From Promethearchaeota archaeon (GTDB lineage Archaea > Asgardarchaeota > Lokiarchaeia > Sigyniarchaeales > SOKP01), in the NCBI GenBank assembly GCA_019057865.1, contig JAHLWP010000002.1:166465-230464 (forward strand): 64,000 nucleotides of DNA, given 5' to 3'. The position numbers and the translations under genes were made by a program. A model generated the notes under the pieces. That model had not been told where the DNA came from, ran no database searches, and saw nothing but the letters and a program-made list of their open reading frames with translations. Positions 18,709 to 27,965 of the stretch are shown here, in pieces. The number at the start of each line of letters is the position of its first letter. Within the stretch, counting starts at the first letter, position 1.

Positions 18709-19251
18709 CTATAACATCTTATAGATTAATTCATTAATATATATACCCACATTTCCGAGAGTTCCTCCTTCCTTATAATGTTTTTTAATAGATCCGCGAT
18801 ATCCTTTTCTTGGAGGGTGTAAACGGAACACAGGTTTGATTTTATATATATCTTTCTCTCTATATTGTATTTCTCCATTTATTAATGATTTTGCTAATTC
18901 TTTAATAGTCTTATATTTTGTTAAATTTTTAATATGTTCATCTGTGAGTGGTTCATTTCCAATTACTCTTCCCCTAACTCTTAATAATCGGATTAGGGTT
19001 TTTTCATCAATTTCTCCAAATGTAATATAATCTTTACATTTAACAAGCATACCCTTATAGGAAGGATTACCCCATACTAAAACTCCATGATTTACTTTAT
19101 GCATTCTTAACATTTTTAACGTATCTAAAATCTTTCTCCGCATACCTGGGCTTCCTCTAATCCTAATTGCAAAAAACAATTTAGGGACCTCTTCTGTTTC
19201 CTTTGATTTTACTTTCTTTTTAGCCATAGCCATTTTCACACCACTCAACAT
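18709..19251 (-). CDS. rpl30: 50S ribosomal protein uL30 (start probably 19233 or 19227)
   Basis: AIRIRG, FRLHPPRKGY and GGTLG motifs. Confidence 0.95.
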   Translation of the reverse strand: MLSGVKMAMAKKKVKSKETEEVPKLFFAIRIRGSPGMRRKILDTLKMLRMHKVNHGVLVWGNPSYKGMLVKCKDYITFGEIDEKTLIRLLRVRGRVIGNEPLTDEHIKNLTKYKTIKELAKSLINGEIQYREKDIYKIKPVFRLHPPRKGYRGSIKKHYKEGGTLGNVGIYINELIYKML

Positions 19252-19866
19252 TTATAAATTAAAGTTAAGTTTATGAGCGTTTTTAAGGGCATCAAATGTT
19301 GCTTTAACAAGATTTTCGCTTGTTCTAGTATCACCGTAAGTTTTACTCCAAATATCTTCAATTCCAGCTAATCTTAAAACTTGTTTAACCTTATCAGCAC
19401 ATGCTAATCCTACTCCTACTGGAGCGGGCATTAGTCGAATCCTCACTGAACCACATTTTCCTTGAATTCTAAAAGGGACACTATGAGTCCCACCACATCC
19501 ACATTCTTTACTTCCACAACCTCTAAGTACAGGTACTACAGCGAGTTTCGCTCTGTCTATTGCTTTCCTAATAGCTGGACCAACTTCTTTACTTTTGGAC
19601 GCACCAACACCAAGAAATCCATCAGCTCCTACAATTACAACTGCTTTAAATCTACTACGTTGACCGCTAGCAGTCATCTTTTGAATCATCTTTATCGTCA
19701 CAACAGCTTCACGTAATTGTGGGAGCAAAATATCAATAATCTCTTTTTCTTTTACCACAAGATTATTTTGATATATCTTATCTATAGTAATCAGCCCTTG
19801 TACCACTAATTCTCCAAGTTTAGTCTTTGGAACCCATTTTTCATCAATATTTCTTAAACGACTCAT
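19252..19866 (-). CDS. rps5: 30S ribosomal protein uS5
   Basis: WVPKTKLG, GQRSRFKA and GKCGSVRIRLMPAP motifs. Confidence 0.97.
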   Translation of the reverse strand: MSRLRNIDEKWVPKTKLGELVVQGLITIDKIYQNNLVVKEKEIIDILLPQLREAVVTIKMIQKMTASGQRSRFKAVVIVGADGFLGVGASKSKEVGPAIRKAIDRAKLAVVPVLRGCGSKECGCGGTHSVPFRIQGKCGSVRIRLMPAPVGVGLACADKVKQVLRLAGIEDIWSKTYGDTRTSENLVKATFDALKNAHKLNFNL

Positions 19867-19880
19867 TTCTATTCACTTAA

Positions 19881-20474
19881 TTAAGCTTTACTTTCAATAG
19901 TTTTTAATGCACTTGAAAACAATTGATTAATCTTTTGAGGATCAATTCCTTGTTTCTTTATATATCCTGAGAAGATTTGTTCATACTTTTCCGGGTCTTC
20001 TCTTTTTAATAGCTTTGCGTAATTTTCAATATGAGAACCTTTAATTCTTTCTTCTAAATTTTCTGGAAAAAATTCCTTTCGATAAGGAATCCCCATACCA
20101 GCATCGATAATACCCTTACAAGCGGCAAGTACTCGGTTTCTATGATAAAAAATACCGAGGTCAAATATACCTTCATTAATTTTTTTAGCTTTTGCTCTAA
20201 ATCCTGCTAAATAACCAGTTAAGTAAGAAGCTGGGAGGTTTCCTGTATTAGCATTCCATGCATATTTTGAAACTAATTCTTTAGAAAATGCGGAGACTAG
20301 AACTTTATCTCCACGCAATTTAGACTGTACAATTTGAACCATAAGATGATTATTTGAGGCTCTTATAACTACTCTTAACTTTCTTGATTTTAATAATTTT
20401 AATCTTTTATGATAATCTGTTTTTCCTTGAACTCTTCGTCGAAATCCTTTTCTATATCGCGGACCTTTTGCCAT
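19881..20474 (-). CDS. rpl18: 50S ribosomal protein uL18
   Basis: RRRVQGKTDY and NLPASYLTG motifs. Confidence 0.97.
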   Translation of the reverse strand: MAKGPRYRKGFRRRVQGKTDYHKRLKLLKSRKLRVVIRASNNHLMVQIVQSKLRGDKVLVSAFSKELVSKYAWNANTGNLPASYLTGYLAGFRAKAKKINEGIFDLGIFYHRNRVLAACKGIIDAGMGIPYRKEFFPENLEERIKGSHIENYAKLLKREDPEKYEQIFSGYIKKQGIDPQKINQLFSSALKTIESKA

Positions 20475-20476
20475 TT

Positions 20477-20938
20477 TTATCTACCTCTCCCCCTTCTTAT
20501 TAATTCTCTTTCTTTAATATATCGATTTAATTGAGCAACACTAGTGAACATTCCACCTTTAGCATTTTTATATAATTTTCGATAGGTAGCGGTAGTGATT
20601 AGTTTACGATCTCTTAATTTTTTCAATTCTCGTCTAAGCGGACGAATTCGTTTAATCCAAGCTCTTTTTTTAGGAGTTCTGGCATACTTAGTACCTTTGC
20701 GTTTTCCTAATCCTCTTGCTCTACCTTTTTTCTTTCTCTCATGTCGTAGATTTTTTCGATATTTAGAAATTCCTTTTTTATATTTCTTCTGTATGGCTCC
20801 TTCCTTTATAAGGTTGCGAATATCCTCCCTAGTAATAGCTAATTTGATATCCTCAATGAAATACGGATCAAAATATACTTTATTAATTCCACATTTAAGT
20901 ATTTCTGAAGCGATTCTTTTCTGAGCATTTAAACTCAA
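20477..20938 (-). CDS. rpl19e: 50S ribosomal protein eL19
   Basis: QKRIASEILKCG, GKRKGTKYAR and WIKRIR motifs. Confidence 0.97.
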   Translation of the reverse strand: MSLNAQKRIASEILKCGINKVYFDPYFIEDIKLAITREDIRNLIKEGAIQKKYKKGISKYRKNLRHERKKKGRARGLGKRKGTKYARTPKKRAWIKRIRPLRRELKKLRDRKLITTATYRKLYKNAKGGMFTSVAQLNRYIKERELIRRGRGR

Positions 20939-20969
20939 TTCAATTCACCTTAATATTTTTCCTTTTAAT

Positions 20970-21473
20970 CTATTCATCCATATCAAGAGCATCTTCTAAT
21001 TCATCTACATCAATAAATTCTTCATCATCTAATTCAGATATTGGACTTCTAACCATCGATTCTAAAGCTTCAATTTCTTTTTGAGAAATACCAAGATTTA
21101 GAATTTTAAAGCCCCTCCTTTGACAATAATCAATAAGAGCTATTCTTTTTTTCGCTCCTAGTTTGCTTGAAATTTTAACAGCATGCTTTTTTTTATTTAG
21201 ATTTTTAAGTTCATTTATTGTATTTATTCTTACCTCTTCATATCCTGATGGATGTAAACCTCTAACTTTTTTTGGACCTCTATAACCAATTGTTGGTGAT
21301 TTAACACCTGATTTAGTCTTTTTACGCGTTTTTGAATCTATTCCTCTCGCCTTTCTCCAAGATTCTTTTACTCTTTTATATCTCCAGGATTCTACTCGTC
21401 TAAAAGACGGTCTTTTCATACTAATTTTTTTCCGAAGTTCCATTAATCTTTTATTTTCTACCATAAATAACAC
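20970..21473 (-). CDS. rpl32e: 50S ribosomal protein eL32 with an acidic C-terminal tail (start probably 21464)
   Basis: WRKARGIDSK and RGLHPSG motifs. Confidence 0.97.
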   Translation of the reverse strand: MLFMVENKRLMELRKKISMKRPSFRRVESWRYKRVKESWRKARGIDSKTRKKTKSGVKSPTIGYRGPKKVRGLHPSGYEEVRINTINELKNLNKKKHAVKISSKLGAKKRIALIDYCQRRGFKILNLGISQKEIEALESMVRSPISELDDEEFIDVDELEDALDMDE

Positions 21474-21474
21474 T

Positions 21475-22053
21475 TTATTTTATTTGCCATATGATTTCTT
21501 CTCCATGCATTTTTTTATAACAATAAACTCCATCTTGAAAAACGCGTGGATCTTTCTTTCGTATTCGACAAGCTCTTTTTATATTTGCTGCCACTTGACC
21601 TAAGCTTTCTTTATCTGGTCCAATAAGATATACATCATCTCCATCAACTTCTACTTTAACATTATCAAAATAATTTGTAACTCTCGGAGCTCTTTCTCCA
21701 AGAAAATTTACAATATGCACCTCTTTTTTATCAGTTTTTACCTCTACTGTACAAGGAAAATGGGAATAAGCTACTTTACATACATATTTATAGTTGGTTT
21801 GTACTCCCATAATTAAATTATTAATAATGCTTACAATCGTTTTAATTAATGCTAGCGTTTCACGTTTAGGAAAATTTGTTGAAAATATTACTTTATTATC
21901 CTTTATTGCAACTTTAATACCTCTAACATGTGAAAAATCTTTTATAATATCTCCATTAGGTCCTCTTACTCTAATTTGGTGACCACCTTCTAATGTGACT
22001 GTTACTCCCTTGGGAATCTCCACTTCTTCTTTAAAGAATGCTATTTTAACCAT
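21475..22053 (-). CDS. rpl6: 50S ribosomal protein uL6
   Basis: YSHFP, NFLGE and DPRVFQDG motifs. Confidence 0.97.
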   Translation of the reverse strand: MVKIAFFKEEVEIPKGVTVTLEGGHQIRVRGPNGDIIKDFSHVRGIKVAIKDNKVIFSTNFPKRETLALIKTIVSIINNLIMGVQTNYKYVCKVAYSHFPCTVEVKTDKKEVHIVNFLGERAPRVTNYFDNVKVEVDGDDVYLIGPDKESLGQVAANIKRACRIRKKDPRVFQDGVYCYKKMHGEEIIWQIK

Positions 22054-22076
22054 TTTTTAATAACCTCTAAATTGAT

Positions 22077-22460
22077 TTAATAAATATAACATAAAGTATG
22101 GCCACCAATATTATTTTCTTCTGCCTCTTTCATTGTCATAATTCCTTGATTCGTTGTAAGAATGATTAATCCAAATCCGGGAGCAAGCAATAACTTTCTC
22201 TCTAATGCTTCATATTGAGAAGTTTTATAATTTAGACGCATTAACCCAGCACAATGATTAATTTTTCCCAATAGTGCAATTTTAAATTTTCCTTGGCGTC
22301 CATCTTCATATCTCTCAAATTCTCCAATATACGCATATTTTTGAAATATTCTTAGAACTTGTTGTAAAATCTTAGAAGCAGGGCTAATAACAACTTCATT
22401 TTTCCGCGCTCTTTCCGCATTTTTTATCATATTCATCGAATCCGCTAATGTATTTGCCAT
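22077..22460 (-). CDS. rps8: 30S ribosomal protein uS8
   Basis: LADSMNMIKNAE, YIGEFE and ILTTNQGIM motifs. Confidence 0.97.
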   Translation of the reverse strand: MANTLADSMNMIKNAERARKNEVVISPASKILQQVLRIFQKYAYIGEFERYEDGRQGKFKIALLGKINHCAGLMRLNYKTSQYEALERKLLLAPGFGLIILTTNQGIMTMKEAEENNIGGHTLCYIY

Positions 22461-22475
22461 TATTTTACACCTCTT

Positions 22476-22625
22476 CTATTCATACCTTTTGAATCCAATT
22501 TCCCTCCCTATTTCAAAAAAACATCTCCGACAAATGTATAATCCATACCTTCGAATCACTCCTCTATGAGTATGACATCTTCTACACTCTCGTTGACCTT
22601 TACCATAACTTTTGCCTTGTGGAAT
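22476..22625 (-). CDS. rps14: 30S ribosomal protein uS14 (Zn-binding) with an apparent ATT start
   Basis: Missed by the ORF track: (I/M)PQGKSYGKGQRECRRCHTHRGVIRRYGLYICRRCFFEIGREIGFKRYE; lies between uL5 and uS8. Confidence 0.93.
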   Translation of the reverse strand: MPQGKSYGKGQRECRRCHTHRGVIRRYGLYICRRCFFEIGREIGFKRYE

Positions 22626-22644
22626 ATCTCTTCACCTTTATTTA

Positions 22645-23238
22645 TTATATATATTCAAGATCTAATACTTTAACGATGTTCACTCCAAAATTTTTTTCTA
22701 GAAAAAATTGAGCCTCCTCACGTGAAACATAATGATATTTTGGGACTTTAGCACGACTTTTCCTTCTATATTTTACACGAATTCCTGGTCTTATTATTCT
22801 ACCGCAAACATCAAGACCCCAAATACCTAAAGTGCTTTCATATTCTATCCCGGGAATGGAGATATGTTCTTTTATTCCAAAACCAAAATTTCCATAATTA
22901 TCAAAACTTTTCCTCAAAATTTTATTATTATTAACTATTAATAATCTTTGTAATAATTTCTCTGCCTCTTTATCCCTAACTGTTATTTTTGTTCCTATTG
23001 GACGACCTTTTCTTAAATTAAATTCTTTTACATTTTTTTTAGATATAGTTTTGATTGCTTTTTTACCTGTAATTGATTCTAATATTGTTACTGCTCGTTC
23101 TAACTCCTCACCTCCAGCTCCAACTCCTATATTTAGAACTAGTTTTTCTAAATATGGTCGTTTCATAGGATTTTCCCACATTTTTTCATATTCTTTCAGT
23201 TGAGCTTTTTGTATGGTTTTTTTGGTTCTGGTTGACAT
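22645..23238 (-). CDS. rpl5: 50S ribosomal protein uL5
   Basis: NPMKRPYLEKLVLNIGVG and FGFGIKEHI motifs. Confidence 0.97.
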   Translation of the reverse strand: MSTRTKKTIQKAQLKEYEKMWENPMKRPYLEKLVLNIGVGAGGEELERAVTILESITGKKAIKTISKKNVKEFNLRKGRPIGTKITVRDKEAEKLLQRLLIVNNNKILRKSFDNYGNFGFGIKEHISIPGIEYESTLGIWGLDVCGRIIRPGIRVKYRRKSRAKVPKYHYVSREEAQFFLEKNFGVNIVKVLDLEYI

Positions 23239-23259
23239 TTAAAATCTCCCATTTTTATG

Positions 23260-24018
23260 TTAATTTGTTATATTTGGTAAATTAATTTCGAGTTGATCTT
23301 CACCAATAATAAATGTATAGTCATATAACGTCTCTGTAATTTGTGAATTTTGCTGGCTGATTGAAACCGTACTTGCTTTAGGACCAAATCTTTTAGTAAT
23401 ATTTAAGATTTTTCCAATTTGTCCGATATTTTTTCCGGACATAATAATTGCTAAATTATTCTCTTTAAATTTTAAAACTTTAATAATTTCTTGCTCGGGG
23501 ATTGAAATTTTTAAGACATCCATTCTTTTGTAGTTATCCTCTTTAGGATTTTTTGGATCATTAACCTTTATTAAAATGTTTCTTCCATCATGAAGATTTA
23601 ATTGAATATGTCCACCTTTAATAGTTCTTTTTTGGATTATTCTACACAATTTATATTGACTTTCTTCTTCGGTAATTTCATGTAAAATTAAATCATGATG
23701 AGAATCTGGTAATATTCGAAAATATTTATTCATTTTTTCGATAGAAAGTACATCCATTAATCCAACCGGAAACGAATTATCTTTACAAACTTTACCATCT
23801 ACTTTAAAATATCCTAATCCAATTATTTTTTTCGCTTCTCTATAATTATCTACAATTTTAAGAAGATCTCTTACTATATGGAGAAGTGGCAAACAAAATT
23901 TACTAGGATGAGTTCCTGGAGATGGCTTTACAAAAAATTTCCCATGCTTTCTTTTAATCTGTAAGAATGCTGGAGTATTTAATCTCTTTAATGTCTTCGT
24001 TTCTCCATGACGAGTCAT
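23260..24018 (-). CDS. rps4e: 30S ribosomal protein eS4
   Basis: LKRLNTP, PVGLMDV and QLNLHDGRN motifs. Confidence 0.97.
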   Translation of the reverse strand: MTRHGETKTLKRLNTPAFLQIKRKHGKFFVKPSPGTHPSKFCLPLLHIVRDLLKIVDNYREAKKIIGLGYFKVDGKVCKDNSFPVGLMDVLSIEKMNKYFRILPDSHHDLILHEITEEESQYKLCRIIQKRTIKGGHIQLNLHDGRNILIKVNDPKNPKEDNYKRMDVLKISIPEQEIIKVLKFKENNLAIIMSGKNIGQIGKILNITKRFGPKASTVSISQQNSQITETLYDYTFIIGEDQLEINLPNITN

Positions 24019-24458
24019 AATTTATCTTCCACCTCTTTTTCTTTCTTTGGACCAGTTAACTCTTCTTCCCAAAATCCATATAATGCTTTTCTCTCAATCA
24101 TCTTAGCACGCCAAGGATCCATTTTCTTTTCTTTTGTAAATTTTGTAATAACTAAATTCGATATGTGTATTGGAGGATTGAATGTCGTCCCATCTGTTTT
24201 TTCGAACTGGGCTTCTTTAATTTTTACTCGCTGATCTTTTGTGATCTCAAGCACAGAGCCTTCAAAATCTTTAAACTCCCCCCGACATACTCTCACTTGG
24301 TCATCCACTCTAAGAGGAAGTCGCTTTATGCCATATTCATCACGTAAAAAATCGGCAACTCGTGTGCTAAGTAATTTTGATCTTTGATGATTTTTGTAAT
24401 TGTATAAAGCTTTTCTTTGCTTACTTGGTTTTTTTGATTCAATTTTCACTTTTACCAC
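24015..24458 (-). CDS. rpl24: 50S ribosomal protein uL24
   Basis: SKKPSKQRK, DQVRVCRGEFK and PIHISNLVI motifs. Confidence 0.96.
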   Translation of the reverse strand: MVKVKIESKKPSKQRKALYNYKNHQRSKLLSTRVADFLRDEYGIKRLPLRVDDQVRVCRGEFKDFEGSVLEITKDQRVKIKEAQFEKTDGTTFNPPIHISNLVITKFTKEKKMDPWRAKMIERKALYGFWEEELTGPKKEKEVEDKL

Positions 24459-24471
24459 TCTAATACTGATA

Positions 24472-24897
24472 TTAAATAATTAATGATGATATTGATGCTA
24501 ATCTTGGAAAGATTTCAGCAGCTTCTCTTGCAATTGGTCCTCTAATCTCTGTACCTCTTGGATCGCCTTCCTTAGATATTAAAACACCTGCATTATCTTC
24601 AAAACACAATCGTGTTCCATCTAAGCGCCTATAAATCATTCTTTGTCGTACGATAACAGCTTTTAAAATATTTCCGCGCATTTCAGGTTTTCCTTTCTTA
24701 ATTGTAACCGTACATACACTCCCAACGGTTGCTTTAGGTAATCTTCTTAATCTTGTTTTACTATGGTCAACATTAATAATTTGAGCAATCTTTGCTCCAG
24801 AATTATCCGTAATGAGAATTCTTGAGCCATTGCACAACCCATAACTCGTTCTTGGCTTAATGACTCTTTTATGACCTAATTTTCTTCTTGTTCCCAT
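24472..24897 (-). CDS. rpl14: 50S ribosomal protein uL14
   Basis: DNSGAK, AVIVRQR and FEDNAGV motifs. Confidence 0.97.
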   Translation of the reverse strand: MGTRRKLGHKRVIKPRTSYGLCNGSRILITDNSGAKIAQIINVDHSKTRLRRLPKATVGSVCTVTIKKGKPEMRGNILKAVIVRQRMIYRRLDGTRLCFEDNAGVLISKEGDPRGTEIRGPIAREAAEIFPRLASISSLII

Positions 24898-25248
24898 TTA
24901 CATCGCCGTACTTGAAAGTTTTTCTAATACAATAAATGCTTTGGTTTTTGATATTTTACGAGACTCACCTACTCTTACCATATCGCCAATTTGAACCTCG
25001 TTATTTAAACATTCTGGTAAATGACATGCAAGTCGTGAATTACGACGTTCATAACGTTGATATTTTCTTACAAATTGAAGATAATCTTGTCTTATAATTA
25101 CGGTATTTCTTGATCTTTTACTTACTATAACTCCTTTGGTAATTTTTCCTCTTATACGAGTAGTACCATGAAATGGACAATATTTATCATTGCATTCGCT
25201 TACTTTGGGAGGATTTACTCCAGGAATACCAATATTTCGTGCACTCAT
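24898..25248 (-). CDS. rps17: 30S ribosomal protein uS17
   Basis: CNDKYCPFHG, KYQRYERR and ISKTK motifs. Confidence 0.97.
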   Translation of the reverse strand: MSARNIGIPGVNPPKVSECNDKYCPFHGTTRIRGKITKGVIVSKRSRNTVIIRQDYLQFVRKYQRYERRNSRLACHLPECLNNEVQIGDMVRVGESRKISKTKAFIVLEKLSSTAM

Positions 25249-25249
25249 T

Positions 25250-25546
25250 TTATTTCTTCAACCATTTTTTCTTTTTTAAACTTCTTAATCTATTTACCGG
25301 AATTCCAACAATCTTAGATCCGTTCACTTCCAAAATTCCTTCTACTATTTTAAACTTAAATATATGATCTTTTTTTATATATTTTCTAATCACATTATTT
25401 TTTTGTGTTATTAACATATTTCTTGTTTCATCAATTACAACACCAACATCCGAGAAATCTGCATTATTTGGTTTTGATTTGGATTTTATATATACATATA
25501 GACCAATTAAATCATGATATATTAGATATTTTGGATTAATAGTCAT
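25250..25546 (-). CDS. rnp1: Ribonuclease P protein component 1 (Rpp29/POP4)
   Basis: HDLIGL, GVVIDETRNML and G.KIVG.P..RL motifs; conserved operon position. Confidence 0.92.
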   Translation of the reverse strand: MTINPKYLIYHDLIGLYVYIKSKSKPNNADFSDVGVVIDETRNMLITQKNNVIRKYIKKDHIFKFKIVEGILEVNGSKIVGIPVNRLRSLKKKKWLKK

Positions 25547-25740
25547 TTCTCTTCATTTATTATGGTTAATATTCTAGCTATTTGCTTTTTTAACATTTTT
25601 GCTTTTGCTGGGTTATCAGAAAGACCGCCACCAGTTTGGGATGAGTATAACATCATTAATTGCTCTCTTAAATCAATTAATGCTCTTTCCCTTTCCCGAT
25701 CATCCATCTCTCGAACTTTATTGGCAGTTATGATATCCAT
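25543..25740 (-). CDS. rpl29: 50S ribosomal protein uL29
   Basis: NPAKAKMLKKQIARILT motif. Confidence 0.95.
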   Translation of the reverse strand: MDIITANKVREMDDRERERALIDLREQLMMLYSSQTGGGLSDNPAKAKMLKKQIARILTIINEEK

Positions 25741-25771
25741 ATCTTAACACAATTTTGTATTTTTATTTTAA

Positions 25772-26597
25772 TTATTTTTCTTTTTCAACTTTTTTATTTG
25801 GCTCTAAAGAAATCTCAGAAATATCTTCTTCATCCACTTCATCGAGCAATGCTCTATCTTCCTCACTTAGAACTCCCTCTTCTTCCACCATTTCATAGTC
25901 TTTTTTCAATTTTTTCTCTGCCCTTGTTTTGGTTAACTCTGCTGCCTTTTTTGCTTGAGCTTGTGCTAAGAGATCATCTTTAATTGTAATGTCATCCCCC
26001 ATTTTAGTATCGGCTCGCATTACTTTTACAATTACTCCTAAAGTTCCTGATTTTAGAATACATTGAGCAACTCCTTTATCTACCCCTTCTTGAGCGGGTT
26101 GTCCCGATTTTGATATGGTTCCAGCGCGAAATATTTGCGTACGTGCACGTTGTGAAGTAACCTTGCCTGATATAATTATTTCCACACCCTTTGCACCAGC
26201 ATCCATTACTTTGCGGAGGATATAGTAACCTGCTCTTCTATAATGCCTTCCTCTATCGAGACTGTATGCAAGCCTTTCAGCCATAATTTGTGCATCTAAA
26301 TCAGGCTGTTCTACTTCTTCCACTTCTATTTGTGGCATTTCTAATTCAAATCTTTCTTGAAGAACATCTGTAATTTCTTGAATTCGCTTTCCACCTTTAC
26401 CTATTACAAGGCCAGGCCTTGATGTTTTGAGCGTAATACGAACTCCAAGGGGAGTCTTCTGGATGTCAATACCTGCAAATCCAGCTCGAACCAACTCAAA
26501 CCTTAGATATTCATTTATTTGCATTAATTTGATACCCTGCTCGATTTCACTTTAGGAAAGTCTTGCTTTACCTAATGAAGTGTTTAGCAAGCGGCAT
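25772..26597 (-). CDS. rps3: 30S ribosomal protein uS3, intron-interrupted: join(26577..26597, 25772..26545), 264 aa
   Basis: KH domain RPGLVIGKGG and GVEIIISGK. Exon 1 MPLAKHF follows a GGTGA RBS; the spliced start MPLAKHFIEQGIKLMQINEYL matches the uS3 N-terminal pattern. Confidence 0.9.
26546..26576 (-). other. 31-nt BHB-type intron in the rps3 coding sequence
   Basis: CACT TC|A TTAGG-T-AAAG-CAAGA-CTTT-CCTAA AGTG AA|A: 4-bp central helix CACT/AGTG, two 3-nt bulges, intron hairpin, outer pairing CTTGCT/AGCAGG. Confidence 0.85.
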
Positions 26598-26680
26598 CAG
26601 TATTCACCAACCATCTTGTTCTTTATCACCAATTATGTTTTTTTTTTTTTATGTTTTTTTTTAATTTTAATAATTCATAC

Positions 26681-27160
26681 CTAACTTGGAAATTCATAGA
26701 TTACAATTTCAACATGGCTCAAATGTTTAAATTTAGCAGTTGATCGACCTTGAGCTCGAGGCATATACCTTTTTATTATTCTTCCCCTATGTGTTGCCGC
26801 ATGGATTATTCTGCATAATTCTGTGTCTAAACCTTTATATTCAGCATTTGATTCAGCAGAGGCAAGAAGCTCGTAAATTATAGCTGCTGCTTTCTGAGGA
26901 TATCTTCCAGCGTACCATTTAAATTGTTTTAGATCTTTTTTATGAGCAAGTTTTTTCTTGTGTCGTCTGAAGGGGACTGATTGCTTTAATTGAATTACAT
27001 TTTCTAAAAAAGCCTTAGCTTGATCGACCTTCATACCTTTTATTACAGCACAGATTTCTCTTCCATGTTTAGGTTTGATTCTTAGATCTCTACCTGCTGC
27101 CTTTGCCAATCTTTCGGCATCATATTTCTGTTCTATGAAAGAATAACCCCAGTTAGGCAT
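26681..27160 (-). CDS. rpl22: 50S ribosomal protein uL22
   Basis: AGRYPQKAA, NAEYKGLD and PRAQGR motifs. Confidence 0.97.
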   Translation of the reverse strand: MPNWGYSFIEQKYDAERLAKAAGRDLRIKPKHGREICAVIKGMKVDQAKAFLENVIQLKQSVPFRRHKKKLAHKKDLKQFKWYAGRYPQKAAAIIYELLASAESNAEYKGLDTELCRIIHAATHRGRIIKRYMPRAQGRSTAKFKHLSHVEIVIYEFPS

Positions 27161-27202
27161 TTAATATCATCTTTCTTATTTGATTAATTATTGTAATAAT
27201 TA

Positions 27203-27724
27203 TTATTTTAAAGGAACATATTTACTTGAACGTGTGGCTCCTATTCCAGGGCTTCCATGCTGAACTCGCCTTCTTGTTAATGAAAATTCTCCAAGATAAT
27301 GTCCAATCATATCTGGTAAGATATCAACGATTTCAAATTGTTTTCCGTTGTAAATACCGATCTTAAGTCCAACCATCTCAGGGAAAATAATCATATCACG
27401 GACGTGTGTTCTTGTAATTAAATCTTTACCTCTTTTCTTAGCACGATAAGCCCTTCTTAATCTCTCGAGCAATTTTTTTTGTCTTGGCGGTAATCCTCTG
27501 CGTAACGATCGTCGTGCTCTTGCTGGTAATATTTGAATAAATTGGTCCATGTTCATCTTCTTTAATTCATCTAGTGTGTAGCTTCGATATTGAAATTGCA
27601 ATTTCCTTCTTGCTTCTTCTAAATCTAACTCTTCCTCTAACTCTTCCTTAATTTCTTCATCAGAGATATCTTCTTTTTCATCTTTTTCCAATTCTTCTTC
27701 ATTAAACTGTTCATCCGGAGCCAT
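27203..27724 (-). CDS. rps19: 30S ribosomal protein uS19 with an acidic N-terminal extension
   Basis: [15 protein letters not shown] and [18 protein letters not shown] motifs. Confidence 0.97.
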   Translation of the reverse strand: MAPDEQFNEEELEKDEKEDISDEEIKEELEEELDLEEARRKLQFQYRSYTLDELKKMNMDQFIQILPARARRSLRRGLPPRQKKLLERLRRAYRAKKRGKDLITRTHVRDMIIFPEMVGLKIGIYNGKQFEIVDILPDMIGHYLGEFSLTRRRVQHGSPGIGATRSSKYVPLK

Positions 27725-27965
27725 TTTTAAACCAATCTGCTTGTTCCATTTATTATATTATGTAATTTTTTTTTATAATTTTATTCATTACGGTGAGGTT
27801 TTAAGTAATATATCAAATTTTAATTTTATTAAAAAGAGATATAAATCTAAGAAAAAACATAAAACTTATAAGTCTTAGATACGCATTTGAAAGATTTTTT
27901 GTTTATCTTCAAATCTTAAATTTATCGAATATTCTAATTGCTCTTTTTCAAAATAGGCATAATGA

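Noticed and set aside
25772-26524. uS3 starting at MQINEY, as in the ORF track
   Set aside because: It lacks the conserved first helix and a good RBS; the upstream exon supplies both.
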